From Entomortierella parvispora E1425 (Eukaryota > Fungi > Mortierellomycota), in the NCBI GenBank assembly GCA_020891255.1, contig BQFW01000010.1, forward strand, positions 558,001 through 622,000: a stretch of 64,000 nt of DNA. Reading direction: 5' to 3'. Shown here piece by piece: positions 39,324-51,449 of this stretch. Numbering within the stretch: the first letter of the stretch is position 1; each line of letters starts with the position of its first letter. The translations under genes were made by a program, and so were the position numbers. The notes under the pieces were generated by a model. It was given only the letters and a program-made list of their open reading frames with translations. It did no database searches and was not told the DNA's origin.

Positions 39324-41287
39324 ATGTCGACCAACACACAACCCGTCTCCCCTGGAGCCAATCCACATGTTATTATCGTCGGAGCTGGAATTGGAGGACT
39401 CACGCTTGCTCTACTTTTGGAACGTGCTGGCGTTTCCTATGTCGTCCTGGAAAAGACCTCGTCCATCAAGCCCCTTGGTAATGAAGAACGACCGACTTCA
39501 ATTAGTCCACAGTACCCTTGTTTGTTAAAAACCCCCACCCAGGTGAATTGACTCTTTCTTTTTTATTATTATTATCATCCAGGTTCTGCTCTTGCTGTAT
39601 CCGGACATTTGACCTATCTCTTCCGTCAACTCGGCATTTTCGACGAATTTCATGATAAATCTCTGGTATACGAAGAGGCTCGAGGGCATGACGGTAACTG
39701 CAATCCTACCTCCAATGTTGACTTGCGACCAAGTGTCCCTATGTAAGCAAGCATCATGGCCTTTTGAAATCTGTTCAAATGGCCCCTCTCTGAATCGACT
39801 TTTTTTTTTTTTTAAAAAAAAAGGACTGGCTCGAACTGGTACATCGTAGCGCGGCCCGTGCTCTACAACCTTATCTACGACAAGATTCCCAAGGACAAGA
39901 TCCATCTGAACAAACGTGTAACCACGATCCATAACGGAGACACCAGTGCCCGCGTTGACTGTAAGGACGGATCTACCTTTGAAGGCGACCTCATTGTAGG
40001 CGCCGATGGAGCGTATTCTCCAGTGAGACAGGGTCTGTTCAAATGGCTCAAGGAGAACAACAAACTGCCCTCTTCCGATGATTTGCCGATGCCCTACAAC
40101 TGTGTCTGTTTGGTGGGCCAGACTGGAGAACTGGATCCCAAAGAGTATCCCGACATCGGCAAGGACCTTTGCACTTTTGATTCCATGACTAGCACCACGA
40201 CTCCATACACGGTACATGACACTACTCTATATGAACTGAATGGCGTCCTGCCAGTCCCTTCCCTGGACCTTGCAAGCTAACAACTGACATCTACCTCTCT
40301 GGAACATCATAGTGGGCTATTTTCACTACCAAACAACGTACCATCTGCTGGATGGCGATCGAGCACTTGAACAAATCCTCTAGCAAAGAGCATGAGCATG
40401 AGAGTTCCAGAAATTCTGACTGGGGCCCTGAAGCGGCCGAGGCCATGGCCCAAGCAGTTCGTGATCTTCCTATCCTGAATGCGGGAAAGACGGGAACCAG
40501 TTTAGGCGACCTTATCGACAAGACCGACAAGAATTTGATTTCCAAGGTTGTCTTGGAAGAAAAGGTCTACAAGACTTGGTATGGTGGTCGTACCGTTCTT
40601 TTGGGCGATGGTAAGGATGAATGGCTGAGGCACTTGAGTAGCAAAAAAACGAGACCAAAGTGAAAATTGTCTAAAATTCATTTGTTTGCTGTTGCGCCAC
40701 CTCCATGATCGATTCTCCATCAGCTTGCCACAAGGTAAACAAACCGTCGATAAACCTGTGGGCAAATGAATGGACACAGAGCTCTAACAGCAGGGCTCTC
40801 CCTTTCTCTCTCTCCTCACACACACACACACTAGTTGAATCCTTCAGCTGGAGCTGGAGCAATGTCGGCGATTCATGATGCCATCTGTCTTGCAAACTGG
40901 CTCAACGTCCTTCCCTCCCTCGCCGTTAATGATTTGGAGGCGACGTTTAAAAAATACCGCAGCGAGCGTTACCCTCACGTCAAGGTCGCCTACAGGGCTA
41001 GTGCAGCGCTCGCCAAGGGCCTTGAGAAGAACACTGCTGGTGCAATTGTCCGATTTTTGAATGCCCACATGCCAAAGTGGCTCTGGGTGCGTTATTTGAA
41101 AAGTGCCGTCAAGTATCGTCCCCAGGCATCGTTTCTGGACGCTGTCGAGGACACGGGAACAGTTCGTCCCAGGGGACAGACGAGCTTGGTCAAGACTAGG
41201 ATTCTCTTTGAGGCCTTACTTAAGAAGCAGCAGGAGGCCTCTTTGTCTCTGAAGCCGACCATGACTGCCGGTCCTGTTGCTGTTTAA
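39324..41287 (+). CDS. FAD-dependent monooxygenase, copy 4
   Basis: Same exon structure; 2-aa insertion KEHEHESSRNSDW in exon 4. Confidence 0.9.
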
Positions 41288-41698
41288 ACATATCTCATCC
41301 CGGTGTTGGGACCAGGGCAATGACCCATTTGGGTCCCAAAGATTGATCAATGGGGATCTTAGAGATCATTCAGTCAGTCAGTCCGTGGGAAGGGAGTCAA
41401 TAAAACTTCTCATTCTGAAGTTACAGCAGGTGCCAGGGACAAGGACAGGATGCCTCTTGTAAGGATGCGGAAGCAACGGATGAAAATCGAGGCACTCTGA
41501 CAGCATGTTCACCTTGGCCCAAAAAGACCGTTGCACAAGAAGCAATTTGCTCTTCTTTGTGTTACCAACCATGTCCAGCTCATTCCTCTCCAGCGGGCAT
41601 CTCATCTTTTCCATCTCCTCCATCTCTCATCTCTCATCCCTCACTCTCATCCGTCATTGCTCGACTCTAATCTGAGTGCTCAACTGCAGTCATAAACC

Positions 41699-43643
41699 AT
41701 GTCTATACAACCCATTTCTCCAGGAGCCAAGCCCCATGTCATTATCGTCGGGGCTGGAATCGGTGGTCTTACGCTTGCCCTTCTCCTAGAACGTGCCGGC
41801 GTTTCCTATGTTGTCTTGGAAAAGACCTCGTCTATCAAGTCATTAGGTAACGAAGAAGACTATCAGTCTACAGGGAAGACATTGCTCATGAATGAAGTCT
41901 GACTTTCGTTACTTGTTTCAGGTTCTGCGCTTTCCGTGTCTGGGCAAGCGACCTATCTCTTCCGCCAGCTCGGCATTTACGAGGAATTAAAAGAAAAGTC
42001 TCTGGTGTTCGAAGAAATCCGAGCTCACGATGGTGACTGCAAGCCTACCTACAACTTGGATCTCCGACCTGGTGTCCCCATGTAAGTGACGCCATTGCCT
42101 AAGTAACATTCGTGTAAGATGTACATCCATATTCATTTTGCTAATTTTCCATCATAGGGCTGGTACTGACTGGCACATCGTCGCTCGACCCGTGCTCTAC
42201 AATATTATCTATGACAAGATCCCCAAGGAAAAAATCCATCTGGGCAAGCGCGTCCTTACGATCCTGAACGGGGATGTGGGTGCTCGGGTGGACTGCACAG
42301 ATGGGTCCACTTTTGACGGAGACATTATTGTGGGAGCCGATGGAGCTTACTCGCCAGTGAGACAGGGTCTCTTCAAATGGCTCAAAAAGAACAACAGGTT
42401 GCCTTCTTCCGATGATGTCCCTATGCCCTACAACTGTGTCTGCCTGGTCGGTCAAACTGGAGAGGTAGATCCCGAGGAATTCCCCGAAATCGGCAAGCCC
42501 ATCAGCGTCTTTGATAACATGGCAAGCACAACATCTTCATACACGGTAATAGCACCTCTCTTGAATGAACGACCGACGGTTAGCTGACGCCACTAACCAT
42601 GAAAATAACTGATCGATATCTAACGACATCTAACTGCCTTTTCAAACGACAGTGGGCAGTTTTCACCACTAAGCAACGTACCATCTGTTGGGCGGTGGTC
42701 GAACATCTGGATGGATCTTCAAGCAAGGAACATGATAGTTTCAGGAACTCTGATTGGGGACCCGAGGCTGCCGGCGCCATGGCCCAGGCTGTCCGTGATT
42801 TCCCAATTCCGAATGGTGGAAAGTCCGGAATGACCTTGGGTCACCTAATTGATAAGACCGACAAGGATCTGATCTCCAAGGTCGTCCTAGAGGAGAAGGT
42901 CTACAAGACCTGGTACGGTGGTCGCACCGTTCTTTTGGGCGATGGTAAGGACAAACGGTTGATGTCAGACGAAGCAGAAATAAGAGCGAGTTCGATTTGT
43001 GGCTCACATGTGTTTTCTTGTTCTCTTTTTTTTTTTTTTTTTTTTTTTGCGCCGTCATATTCATCGCCCCCAACCAGCTTGTCACAAGGTAAAGAAGCAG
43101 AGGGCCCGAGCTTACAGGAGGTGTTCTAAGACGGTACTGACAACAGGACACCATTTCTCCTTTTCTTGTCCATAGTTGAATCCTGCGGGCGGTGCTGGAG
43201 CACTCTCGGCGATTCATGATGCTCTCTGCCTCGCCAATTGGCTCAATGTCCTTCCCTCTCTTTCTGTGGACGATCTTGAGAAATCTTTCAAAGAGTACTA
43301 CGACGAGCGCTATCCTATTGTCATGGCTGCCTACCGATCCAGCAAGATGTTTGCCAAGGCCCATGAGAAGAACACCACCGGCGCGATTGTGCGCTATATG
43401 AACTCGCACATGCCAAAGTGGCTGTGGATGATTGCTTTGAAAAAGACGAATGCCTATCGTCCTCAGGCGTCATTTTTGGAACCAGCGAAGGATACAGGTA
43501 CACTCCGCCCCAGTAGCCAGCCGAGTTTGATCAAGACTAGGATTCTGATGGAGGCGCTGCTCAAGAAGCAAGGGCAGCAGAAGCAGGGGCAGCAGAAGAC
43601 CTCGTCGGTATTGACCACCGATGTCGATCCCGTTTCCGTCTAA
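41699..43643 (+). CDS. FAD-dependent monooxygenase, copy 5
   Basis: Same exon structure; joins in frame. Confidence 0.9.
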
Positions 43644-44556
43644 GATACCTCATGGACAAAAAAAAAAAAAAATCAAAAAAAAACAGCAGCGGGCTCAAAG
43701 TGGGCGAAGCACCTCCCACTTGGTTTCTCCCGCTTCTCATCTGATGCCTCCATCTCCCCAAGCTGACATTCCTCGCATTCCTCCATCCTTCTTTTCATCA
43801 GCCCTCTCTCTTCCATGCACACTTGCCCACATTCACTCCATCTCTCATTCATTTTGTTCAATGCATCTCTCGATTCTCATGCCATGGCACGTTTGACAGC
43901 ACTTGTGCAGACCAAGGATCTGACTTTGTAAATTAGTTCATTGTTTTTTGTCAGAATTAAAGAGAGAAAACAAGAATTTTAATAAAGTGCTATGAAAGAG
44001 AGCTATGGAAGGGAAGAGAGTGCTTTGGAAGTGGAAGAGTGCTAAGTGGAAGAGAAGAAGAGGGTCCTTTGGAAAAGAAAAGGTAAGTTTCGAAGAAAAA
44101 AAATGGTTTGTGGAAGGGATAAAATGAATTGGCGTACCAAGTCCCCCGATGTTTGTTATAGATGCTGACGACTGCGTGCCATCACCACATCCCATCGGGA
44201 TCATGGATTTGTGGAAGAAACAAAGAGCAATACCAAGTCCCCGATGTTCGCTGACGACTCTGAGCCATCACCTCATCACATCGGCATCATGGATTACCGC
44301 CCACTATCCTAACTACACTAGGGCTAAACTAACTAGTCTAAAAGCGAAGGAAGGGGGACGGAAGGAAAAGGAAGTTTTCTCTCTTGATTCTTGATTCTTG
44401 ATTCTTGTTACTTATTACTTGTTTCTTGGATGGGGGGCCCAAGACCAAAGAGGGCAGGGAGGCAACTGCGTTTGGGAGGTAGGCCTTGATCAAGCCAAGC
44501 AGGCTAGGCGGTCTTGAGGACCAAGGCTCGGGCCAGAGAGGCAGCGGGTCTTGTGG

Positions 44557-44731
44557 CCGAGGCAGGCCTTGAGGGCAGAGGTCAAGCCTTGGGGAGGCAG
44601 ACACCTTTGCGGCCGAGGCAGGTCTTGAGGGCTGAGGTGAAGCCTTGGGGAGGCAGACACCTTTGCGGCCGAGGCAGGTCTTGAGGGCTGAGGTCAAGCC
44701 TTGAGGAAGCAAACGACTTTGCGGCCGAGGC
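44557..44731. repeat. 56-bp minisatellite, three copies plus a partial copy
   Basis: Unit CCGAGGCAGGTCTTGAGGGCTGAGGTCAAGCCTTGGGGAGGCAGACACCTTTGCGG starts at 44557, 44613, 44669 and 44725. Confidence 0.9.
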
Positions 44732-46501
44732 TTGGGCCCGGAAGGCAGGCAGGCTTGCGACCAAAGTCTTGAAAGGGCAGGCAGGTTTGCGGCCAAAGAC
44801 TTTGAAGGGCAGGAAAGGTAGGCCGATGGATCAGGACCATTGGGACCGAGGCCGAGGAGGGCAGGACTGAACTTGAAGAGCCGATGTCGTTGGACCGGGG
44901 ACACTTGTTGCTGGCTGAGTGGAGAATGGCAGCATGGTGGTGTGTTTGGTGTGCTTTGTGTGTGTGGAAGGGGAGTGAAGTAGAAATGAAGGATGAGGAG
45001 CAAAAAAAAGAGGGGAATCGTGGGGGGTATTTGTATGAAAACTGTTTGACTTATCGACTGCGGCCCCTCGACATGGCGACATAGCGACATGAGGGAGGGA
45101 GGAAATCAATTGGTCCAAGGATAAGAGACAACGAACGAAGGATGGCGATTGGACCGTCGAAACATGTGGAAGGAAATATAAGCGAACGAACAGACGTTAA
45201 CTTTTGGGTGTGGAGTGAAAATAAGGGAACTGGCCGCGCGTGGACGCGAGTTCAGACGCGCCATTTTGCCATGGAGGATGAAAATAAGGGAACTGGTCGC
45301 GTGTGAACGGACCATTTTTGCCATGGAAGATGAAAATGAGGTGGCGGATGGCGACGCGTTTTTGAATTTTTTTGAAATTTAGTGAAATTCTGAAATAATG
45401 ATGATGGCTTGGCGGATGAAAACAAAACAACAGTCTCAACCTAGGCGAAGCATGTCTGTCCATCGACGCGTGTGACAGTAACCAGCGGGAATTACTCGCG
45501 TGAAAGAGTGGATCTCGTTCGCCACAGTCCCTTTACCCCACACAGCACCTATGACTTACGGCACAATCATATTTTGTGCGTTGTTTTTTTTCCGCATTTC
45601 AAGGGCATAGAAGTAGATTTTGTCAGTTGCGGCCAGCGTGTTTAACGGAAAGGTGACTTTCTCTGGCACACCGACAGGGGAGGTGTCAATGTATTTATCG
45701 ATTGTTGAGCAAGCAGAAGAGGGACATGGTCAAGATACGGCTGACCTCCTTTAGCTCTGGCGTGTTGAACGGAAAGATGAACTTTCTCTGGCATGCTGAC
45801 CTGGGAAGGGAGCTGGATCATGTCCTCACTGCGAAATGCACTGAGGTGTACTTCAAGTTTCGAGTGCTTAATGAATGAGTTTTGTTCTAAGTTTCTTGTT
45901 CGCACCATCGATTTCCGGCTAAGTGTTGATATCACCATGTCTATGGTCAGTCTCGATGGTCATCGGGTTCTGCAGTTGACACGGCAGGATGCTTCAATGT
46001 TATTCACCATCATTTACACCATTCATCCTCGAGGCTGCTGGATCCATTTCGAATGTTGGCGTCCTGGGAGCAAGTTGCCAGTCATATTAAGAAGGGGGGC
46101 CAGGCGCTGTCTGCAACACTCCAAGGTCTCCAAGGTATCTCGACCTGGACGACTTGAGCCTACGGGGCTACTCCACAGGATACATGGAACGGGAGGCATT
46201 GAAAGTATCTTAGACTCCAACTCGATGTCTATTTGTTCCAGGAGCAGGGTCCACACGGGATTTAGCCTGAGTTCAAAATAAAGGCTCAGTACGTGCCTGG
46301 AAAGTCTCTCCTCCGCAAGATGTTTGCATGCATAGGAAACGCTCACAAAATGCAGGCCAGCATTCATTTCGTTCTTTTCTTTCCCTCATTGGCGCCACCA
46401 TCCCATTCTCATTGCCTTTTCGCCTTCACTGCCATTCATGCCGATTGTTAACGACATTACACTCATCCGCAGACATTAGTGTTGTTCTTTCACTTACCAG
46501 A

Positions 46502-47734
46502 ATGACTCAGCCCCGTGCGCTCGACCTTCATGAGATTCGCTCTCGAATCGCCAGTTTCTTAGAGGGCAGAGACATTGTATCCTGCGCACGAGTGAGTCTG
46601 GATTGGAATGCCTCGTTCTCACCGTCTCTCTACAACTCTGTCGTATTATCGAGAAATATCCCCAGCATGGAAGCTATCGAGAGAAATAAGCGCCTAATTC
46701 GATACTTGAAGATTTCTCGCCGGGCCCACATCTCGATATTTGCGAAACCTGACGTACTTTTTAGTGTCATGGCCAGCCCTGCTCTGACCACTCTTGAGAT
46801 GCACCTCACCTGGATGAGAGACAGCGGGGCGCGGGCAGTAGCCCATGCTCTCAAGTCCAATTCTATCTTGACCACTTTGATCTCACGGACCAACTCAATC
46901 AGAGAAGCCGGGGCACGAGCACTTGCGGAGGCACTCGAGACCAATTCGTCCCTCACCACTTTGAAGCTGGACCTAGACAAGATCGGATCCAACGGAGGTC
47001 AGGCTCTGGCAAAGGCCCTTACGATAAACTCGACTCTGTCTACCCTATCTTTATGGTGTGCCGGTATCGGGAATGAAGGAGCTGAAGCAATGGCAAAGGC
47101 TCTAAAGACCAACTCGACTCTGACCTCGTTGACCTTGGTTGGAAGTGATATTAGGGACCATGGAGCCAAGGCACTGGCTGAGGCACTCAAGAATAACTCT
47201 GCGCTGGCTGACTTGGACTTGTCCAGCAATCATATCAAAGAGCCCGGAGCTTATGCACTGGTTGAGTTACTCACGATCAGGTCAGCCCTTTCCACCTTGA
47301 AATTGAAGCACAACCGGATTGGGGATGATGGGACTCGTTCTCTGGCTGAGGCGCTCAATACAAACTCGACTCTTGTCAATTTGAACCTGAGCAACAACTC
47401 GACTGGGTGCAACGGAGCCAGGGCGCTAGCGGAGGCACTCAAGACTAATTCGACTTTAAACAGCCTGGATTTACACTGCAACTCGATAGAATGCAACGGA
47501 GCGATAGCTCTGGCAGAGGCGCTCAGGACCAACTCGACCCTGAAAACCCTGCACCTGCACCTCAATCCCATCAGAGACAAAGGAAGTCTGTCGCTGGCAG
47601 AGGTGTTCAAGACCAATTATACTCTGACCACTTTGAACTTGCACAACAACCCGATTGGGGATGTTGGAATGCAGGCACTGAACGAGACTCGCAAGGCCCT
47701 GTCAACGCGGTCCTCAGTCCCTTTGTTGTTTTAG
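46502..47734 (+). CDS. RNI-like (NLRC3-like) leucine-rich repeat protein with degenerate N-terminal F-box-like motif
   Basis: ATG 46502 MTQPRALDLHEIRSRIASFL...SCARVSLDW, followed by ~28-aa repeats of the form LxxLxLxxNxIxxxGAxALAEALKTNST; intronless. Confidence 0.85.
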   Translation: MTQPRALDLHEIRSRIASFLEGRDIVSCARVSLDWNASFSPSLYNSVVLSRNIPSMEAIERNKRLIRYLKISRRAHISIFAKPDVLFSVMASPALTTLEMHLTWMRDSGARAVAHALKSNSILTTLISRTNSIREAGARALAEALETNSSLTTLKLDLDKIGSNGGQALAKALTINSTLSTLSLWCAGIGNEGAEAMAKALKTNSTLTSLTLVGSDIRDHGAKALAEALKNNSALADLDLSSNHIKEPGAYALVELLTIRSALSTLKLKHNRIGDDGTRSLAEALNTNSTLVNLNLSNNSTGCNGARALAEALKTNSTLNSLDLHCNSIECNGAIALAEALRTNSTLKTLHLHLNPIRDKGSLSLAEVFKTNYTLTTLNLHNNPIGDVGMQALNETRKALSTRSSVPLLF

Positions 47735-48059
47735 GGCAGGTGAATCAATTGGCTTTTAGAACAGCCGTACTTCCTAAAACAATTAATTTTGGTGGCGTAG
47801 TGTCCCGAGACTGATCTTTGATTGCGCACGCGGACGCGACGCGCCATGGTGACGACGGGTAACTTCATCGAGAGTAAAAGCAAGAATTTCTGGTCAATCA
47901 TCCAGTATTTTGGGAGCAGTCGCCGAGAATCGGCTCTCGATTTTGTTCACGCTTTTATCGCAAAAAGTTTCTCGTCCTTCGTCATTCACTTCTCATCCTC
48001 TCATCTCAATCTCTTATCTCTAAATTTCATCCTTGAATGCCGAACGTCAGTCTCAGCGT

Positions 48060-48240
48060 ATGACTACCACCACAACCAACCCAACCCATCTCTCTAGAGG
48101 CTTAGCTCCATGTCATTGTCGTAGGAACTGGGATCGGAGGTCTCACGCTGGCGCTTCTGGAACGTGCTGGCGCTTCTGGAACGTGCTGGCGCTTCCTACG
48201 TTGTCCTGGAAAAGACCCTCTCCATCAAGCCGCTTGGCGA
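48060..48240 (+). pseudogene. Remnant first exon of an FAD monooxygenase
   Basis: HVIVVGTGIGGLTLALLERAG homology with an 18-bp internal tandem duplication (GCTTCTGGAACGTGCTGG), frameshifts and an in-frame stop; no downstream exons follow. Confidence 0.8.
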
Positions 48241-48341
48241 GAGCATCTCTTGATGTCACAGGAAATCTCTTGCCCATAATAAAAAGTGGATCAAGTAAAG
48301 TGAAGCGAGAACCGCTTGTTGTTGTAAAGAGAGGAGATAAC

Positions 48342-48372
<31 letters not shown>

Positions 48373-48450
48373 AACCATGAATGATACAAAGGAACGATGG
48401 TTTCCGAGAAAAAAAATCTACTTTTTATTATTTTTATTCACTCCAACCAA

Positions 48451-49662
48451 TTACAAGGGGGTTTTCTTGCCTCTTTTTTTGCATACTTTTTTGCCAGCTT
48501 TGGCAAGACCAACTCTCTTGTGGGTAGTGTCGTAGACAGAGTAGAAATTCTCCAAGAACTTCTGTCCGAGAATGAAGGCCATTCCGGACTCGTTGTCTCC
48601 CAAGGGGGCAATCCAGCTGTAGGTGGTACCAACCGTGCCTCCAATATTAGCTACCTGGTTCTGGGGAATAGTGTACTGAGCAGGGGTCAACTTCAAGACC
48701 TTATTACCGACTTTGAAGGAGATGTTCTTCAACTTGGGGACCTCGGCTGGGGGGATGATGTAAAGAGATGTAACATTGTCAAGCGCGGCACCAGGGATTT
48801 GCGCATACAAGGCGTTGGTAGCCCTGTCAGAGAGGAGGATCAAGGTCGTGCCGGTATCGACAATACCATGGATGATACCAGAAACCTTGGTGGTGCCGAA
48901 AGCGACCTCAGCGACATCAATTCCCCAGAACTGATTGGAAGGGCTGGCGGTCGTGATGGGGACGTAGGTGATCCGTCCCAGGAACTTGGTCGGGTCGACG
49001 CCTCCAAAGGTGATCTCTCCGTTGGTCTCCTGAGTACTACCATTAGTGATGGGCTGGAACCAGACGCCAACCACATTAGACTTGATGATGTGAGCGAAGT
49101 AGAGGTTCTCGGGAGGGGTGGGGACCACCGAGCCAGTGGCGGTGACATTGGCTGAGAGATCGGCGGGGCCGAATCCAACAAGACCCTGGACAGCACTGCT
49201 GAATCCAGAGAAGTTATTGGAGACGCCAAACTCTTGGTGAAACTTGTAGGGACCAAGAGTGGCAACATCAATGTACTCATTACCATTGGCATATCCAGAA
49301 CCGTACTGAATGGAGAAGGTCTCTCGGAGATCCTTGACAGTTGAGGAGTGGAAAGGGTTGTAGGATGTGTTCATGACCCAAAGATTAGAGGAACCGGTAT
49401 CAAAGATCAGGCTGACATTCGTAACTGGAGTACCGAGGCCCACAGTTATCGTGTAAGAAACATCCTCGTTGACGGCAGGGATGGAGAATGGGCCAGAGGC
49501 ATAGCTGGCAAAGCGTGTCATATCGCGACTGTAGACATCCTTAAGCTGGACGGGGTTGGCGGGTCTGATGAGATTGGCCTTGAATGGGGAGTGTCTGGGG
49601 GTGTTGTTAGCGGAGACGCATGCAACGCTCAAGAGGAAGATCAGCAGGCTCTTATAGACCAT
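48451..49662 (-). CDS. Secreted aspartic protease (pepsin/rhizopuspepsin-like, family A1)
   Basis: Signal peptide MVYKSLLIFLLSVACVSA; catalytic motifs IFDTGSSNLWV and IVDTGTTL; flap SIQYGSG; FILGQKFLENFYSVYD. Confidence 0.92.
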   Translation of the reverse strand: MVYKSLLIFLLSVACVSANNTPRHSPFKANLIRPANPVQLKDVYSRDMTRFASYASGPFSIPAVNEDVSYTITVGLGTPVTNVSLIFDTGSSNLWVMNTSYNPFHSSTVKDLRETFSIQYGSGYANGNEYIDVATLGPYKFHQEFGVSNNFSGFSSAVQGLVGFGPADLSANVTATGSVVPTPPENLYFAHIIKSNVVGVWFQPITNGSTQETNGEITFGGVDPTKFLGRITYVPITTASPSNQFWGIDVAEVAFGTTKVSGIIHGIVDTGTTLILLSDRATNALYAQIPGAALDNVTSLYIIPPAEVPKLKNISFKVGNKVLKLTPAQYTIPQNQVANIGGTVGTTYSWIAPLGDNESGMAFILGQKFLENFYSVYDTTHKRVGLAKAGKKVCKKRGKKTPL

Positions 49663-49827
49663 TGTGCTTGATGATAAGAGGTGTTCTTTGAGAGGGACGA
49701 GGTGTGTAAAAGGAGGACTGGAGTGGGTGGGTGCTGGCTTTTAAGAAAACGATAGAATTCTCGGTCCCCTCATCTGCTCCAGAATGAGCACTCAGGGCAA
49801 CAGGGAAGGGAAGTAATGATAACGGGC

Positions 49828-49861
<34 letters not shown>

Positions 49862-51449
49862 AGCAAGGATCGAAGAATGCAAACAGGCTAACAATTTCTC
49901 CTGGGACACGATTTTACTGCTTCAACGTTCAGAATCTTGAATAGTTCACATCTCCTTCGTTTCTATTAGGGAAATGTCTGGGGGGGGGGGGGGGCCAGTT
50001 GCCTTGCTCCTTTATCAAAAAACGCATTTGAAGTGTTGAAATGATGAGAAGTACTGAGGATGGGTCTCTTTTGAGGCTAGGTATTCTTCTCATCCGCACC
50101 TCGTTACAAAAACACTTTCGAGAATGGACCACTCAACGCAAGACGAGTGCAGATGATGGTGGTTTGTGAAAGAAGGAGAAAAGACGAGCTATAAGGAAAC
50201 CCCACCCTCAATACCCACAACTTCGATTCTGCACAATGAAGATCCCTGCACTTGGAATTCAAAAGGGAGGGTTGAAGCATGTGTGCAAACAACAGGGAGA
50301 GATGCCGCACTTCAATTATAATTATTCCTGATGCGCACCTTGAGAGCAGAAAACTATTCAAACTTTTTCATTGAGGCTCTGAACCTTGTAGCAGTAAAGT
50401 CGCTAGCACCTATTTCTTAACACAACAACGCGTTCGAGTTCAAACTAGCAAGTTAAGGTTGGGACATTGAACGGGCCTAACAGAGAACGTGCTATCCTCT
50501 TTTAATTGCTAAAAGAAAAAAAGACTGCTATACCTGGAAACCTGTGCTCTCGCTCTATCTGATGAGCAGAGATGGGCGCTCGCCTTTTTGTTCCAATCGG
50601 GCTGGGTCTTTATTTGTATGCCGATTTTTTTTTATCGGTGGGGCTTTTTTTTAAAGGAGCATTCCTTGATTGCGTAATGTCGTGAAGGCTAAGTCCTCGT
50701 CTCCTATCAGTTTCACCGACATGTCACTGCGGCTCATGCTGATCTGTAGGGCCTCTCTTTCACGAATTTAAGATGTCCAACTTCTACGAACTCAACCGGC
50801 AGGACGTACGTTTGTAGTTTGTCCTCTTCGGTTCTTGGGGGCGAGAGCCACGAACAAATCTGGAAGTGTCTTCAAAAAGGGCCCACTTCTCCATTGTCTA
50901 CCCTGTTGTTCAGGTCGAGATTTTTTTGCGGCAATCGGACTTCTACCGAGCCCACATGAGGAGTGTCCAGTTTGGATGAAAGCCGGGCTTCGAAGGTTTT
51001 GGTCGTTGAAAAGGTTGTTTTATTGGCATTTGGAGCGGAGCGCCTCCTTTCTTTGGTTGATGTCTCGTTTTTTAGAAAGGGAGATGTTCTAGGGCCGGGA
51101 AATGTCATCCTAGGCATCACTCCGTCCCCCTCCCCCCACAGGTCATTCTTCCCAGACTGGGGAAAGGTCAACTACGATTCGGCACGTGGACGCGACGCGC
51201 CATCAGCAAGAAGACACAAGAGTGCTCGCCAAGAATCGGCTCTCAATCTTGTGCGCACTTTTGTCCACATGCATTTCAGATGCCCTCCCCTCACTCCACT
51301 CAGCCCCTCCATCTCTTTCATCTCTCGTCCTTCATCCTCTCATCCTCTCATCCTCTCATCCTTCATCCTCTCATTCCTCATTCCCCATCTCTCATCTCTC
51401 ATCGCCATTTCTACACAAGAGCCCTCAGTAACCGTCGTTGTCCTAAGCT

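Noticed and set aside
31433-43409. Long minus-strand ORFs across the monooxygenase copies (239, 230 and 222 aa)
   Set aside because: Antisense shadows spanning exons and introns of the + strand genes.
44557-44731. Repeats considered as a CRISPR array
   Set aside because: Units are contiguous with no unique spacers, and the genome is eukaryotic.
45642-46367. Stop-interrupted minus-strand frame and an overlapping 162-aa plus-strand ORF
   Set aside because: No recognisable transposase, RT or other domain; left unannotated.
48341-48369. Long poly(A) next to the intronless protease, considered as a retrocopy tail
   Set aside because: Wrong strand for the protease mRNA tail, and long A/T homopolymers are ubiquitous in introns and intergenic DNA here.
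48397-49155. 252-aa + strand ORF
   Set aside because: Antisense shadow of the aspartic protease.
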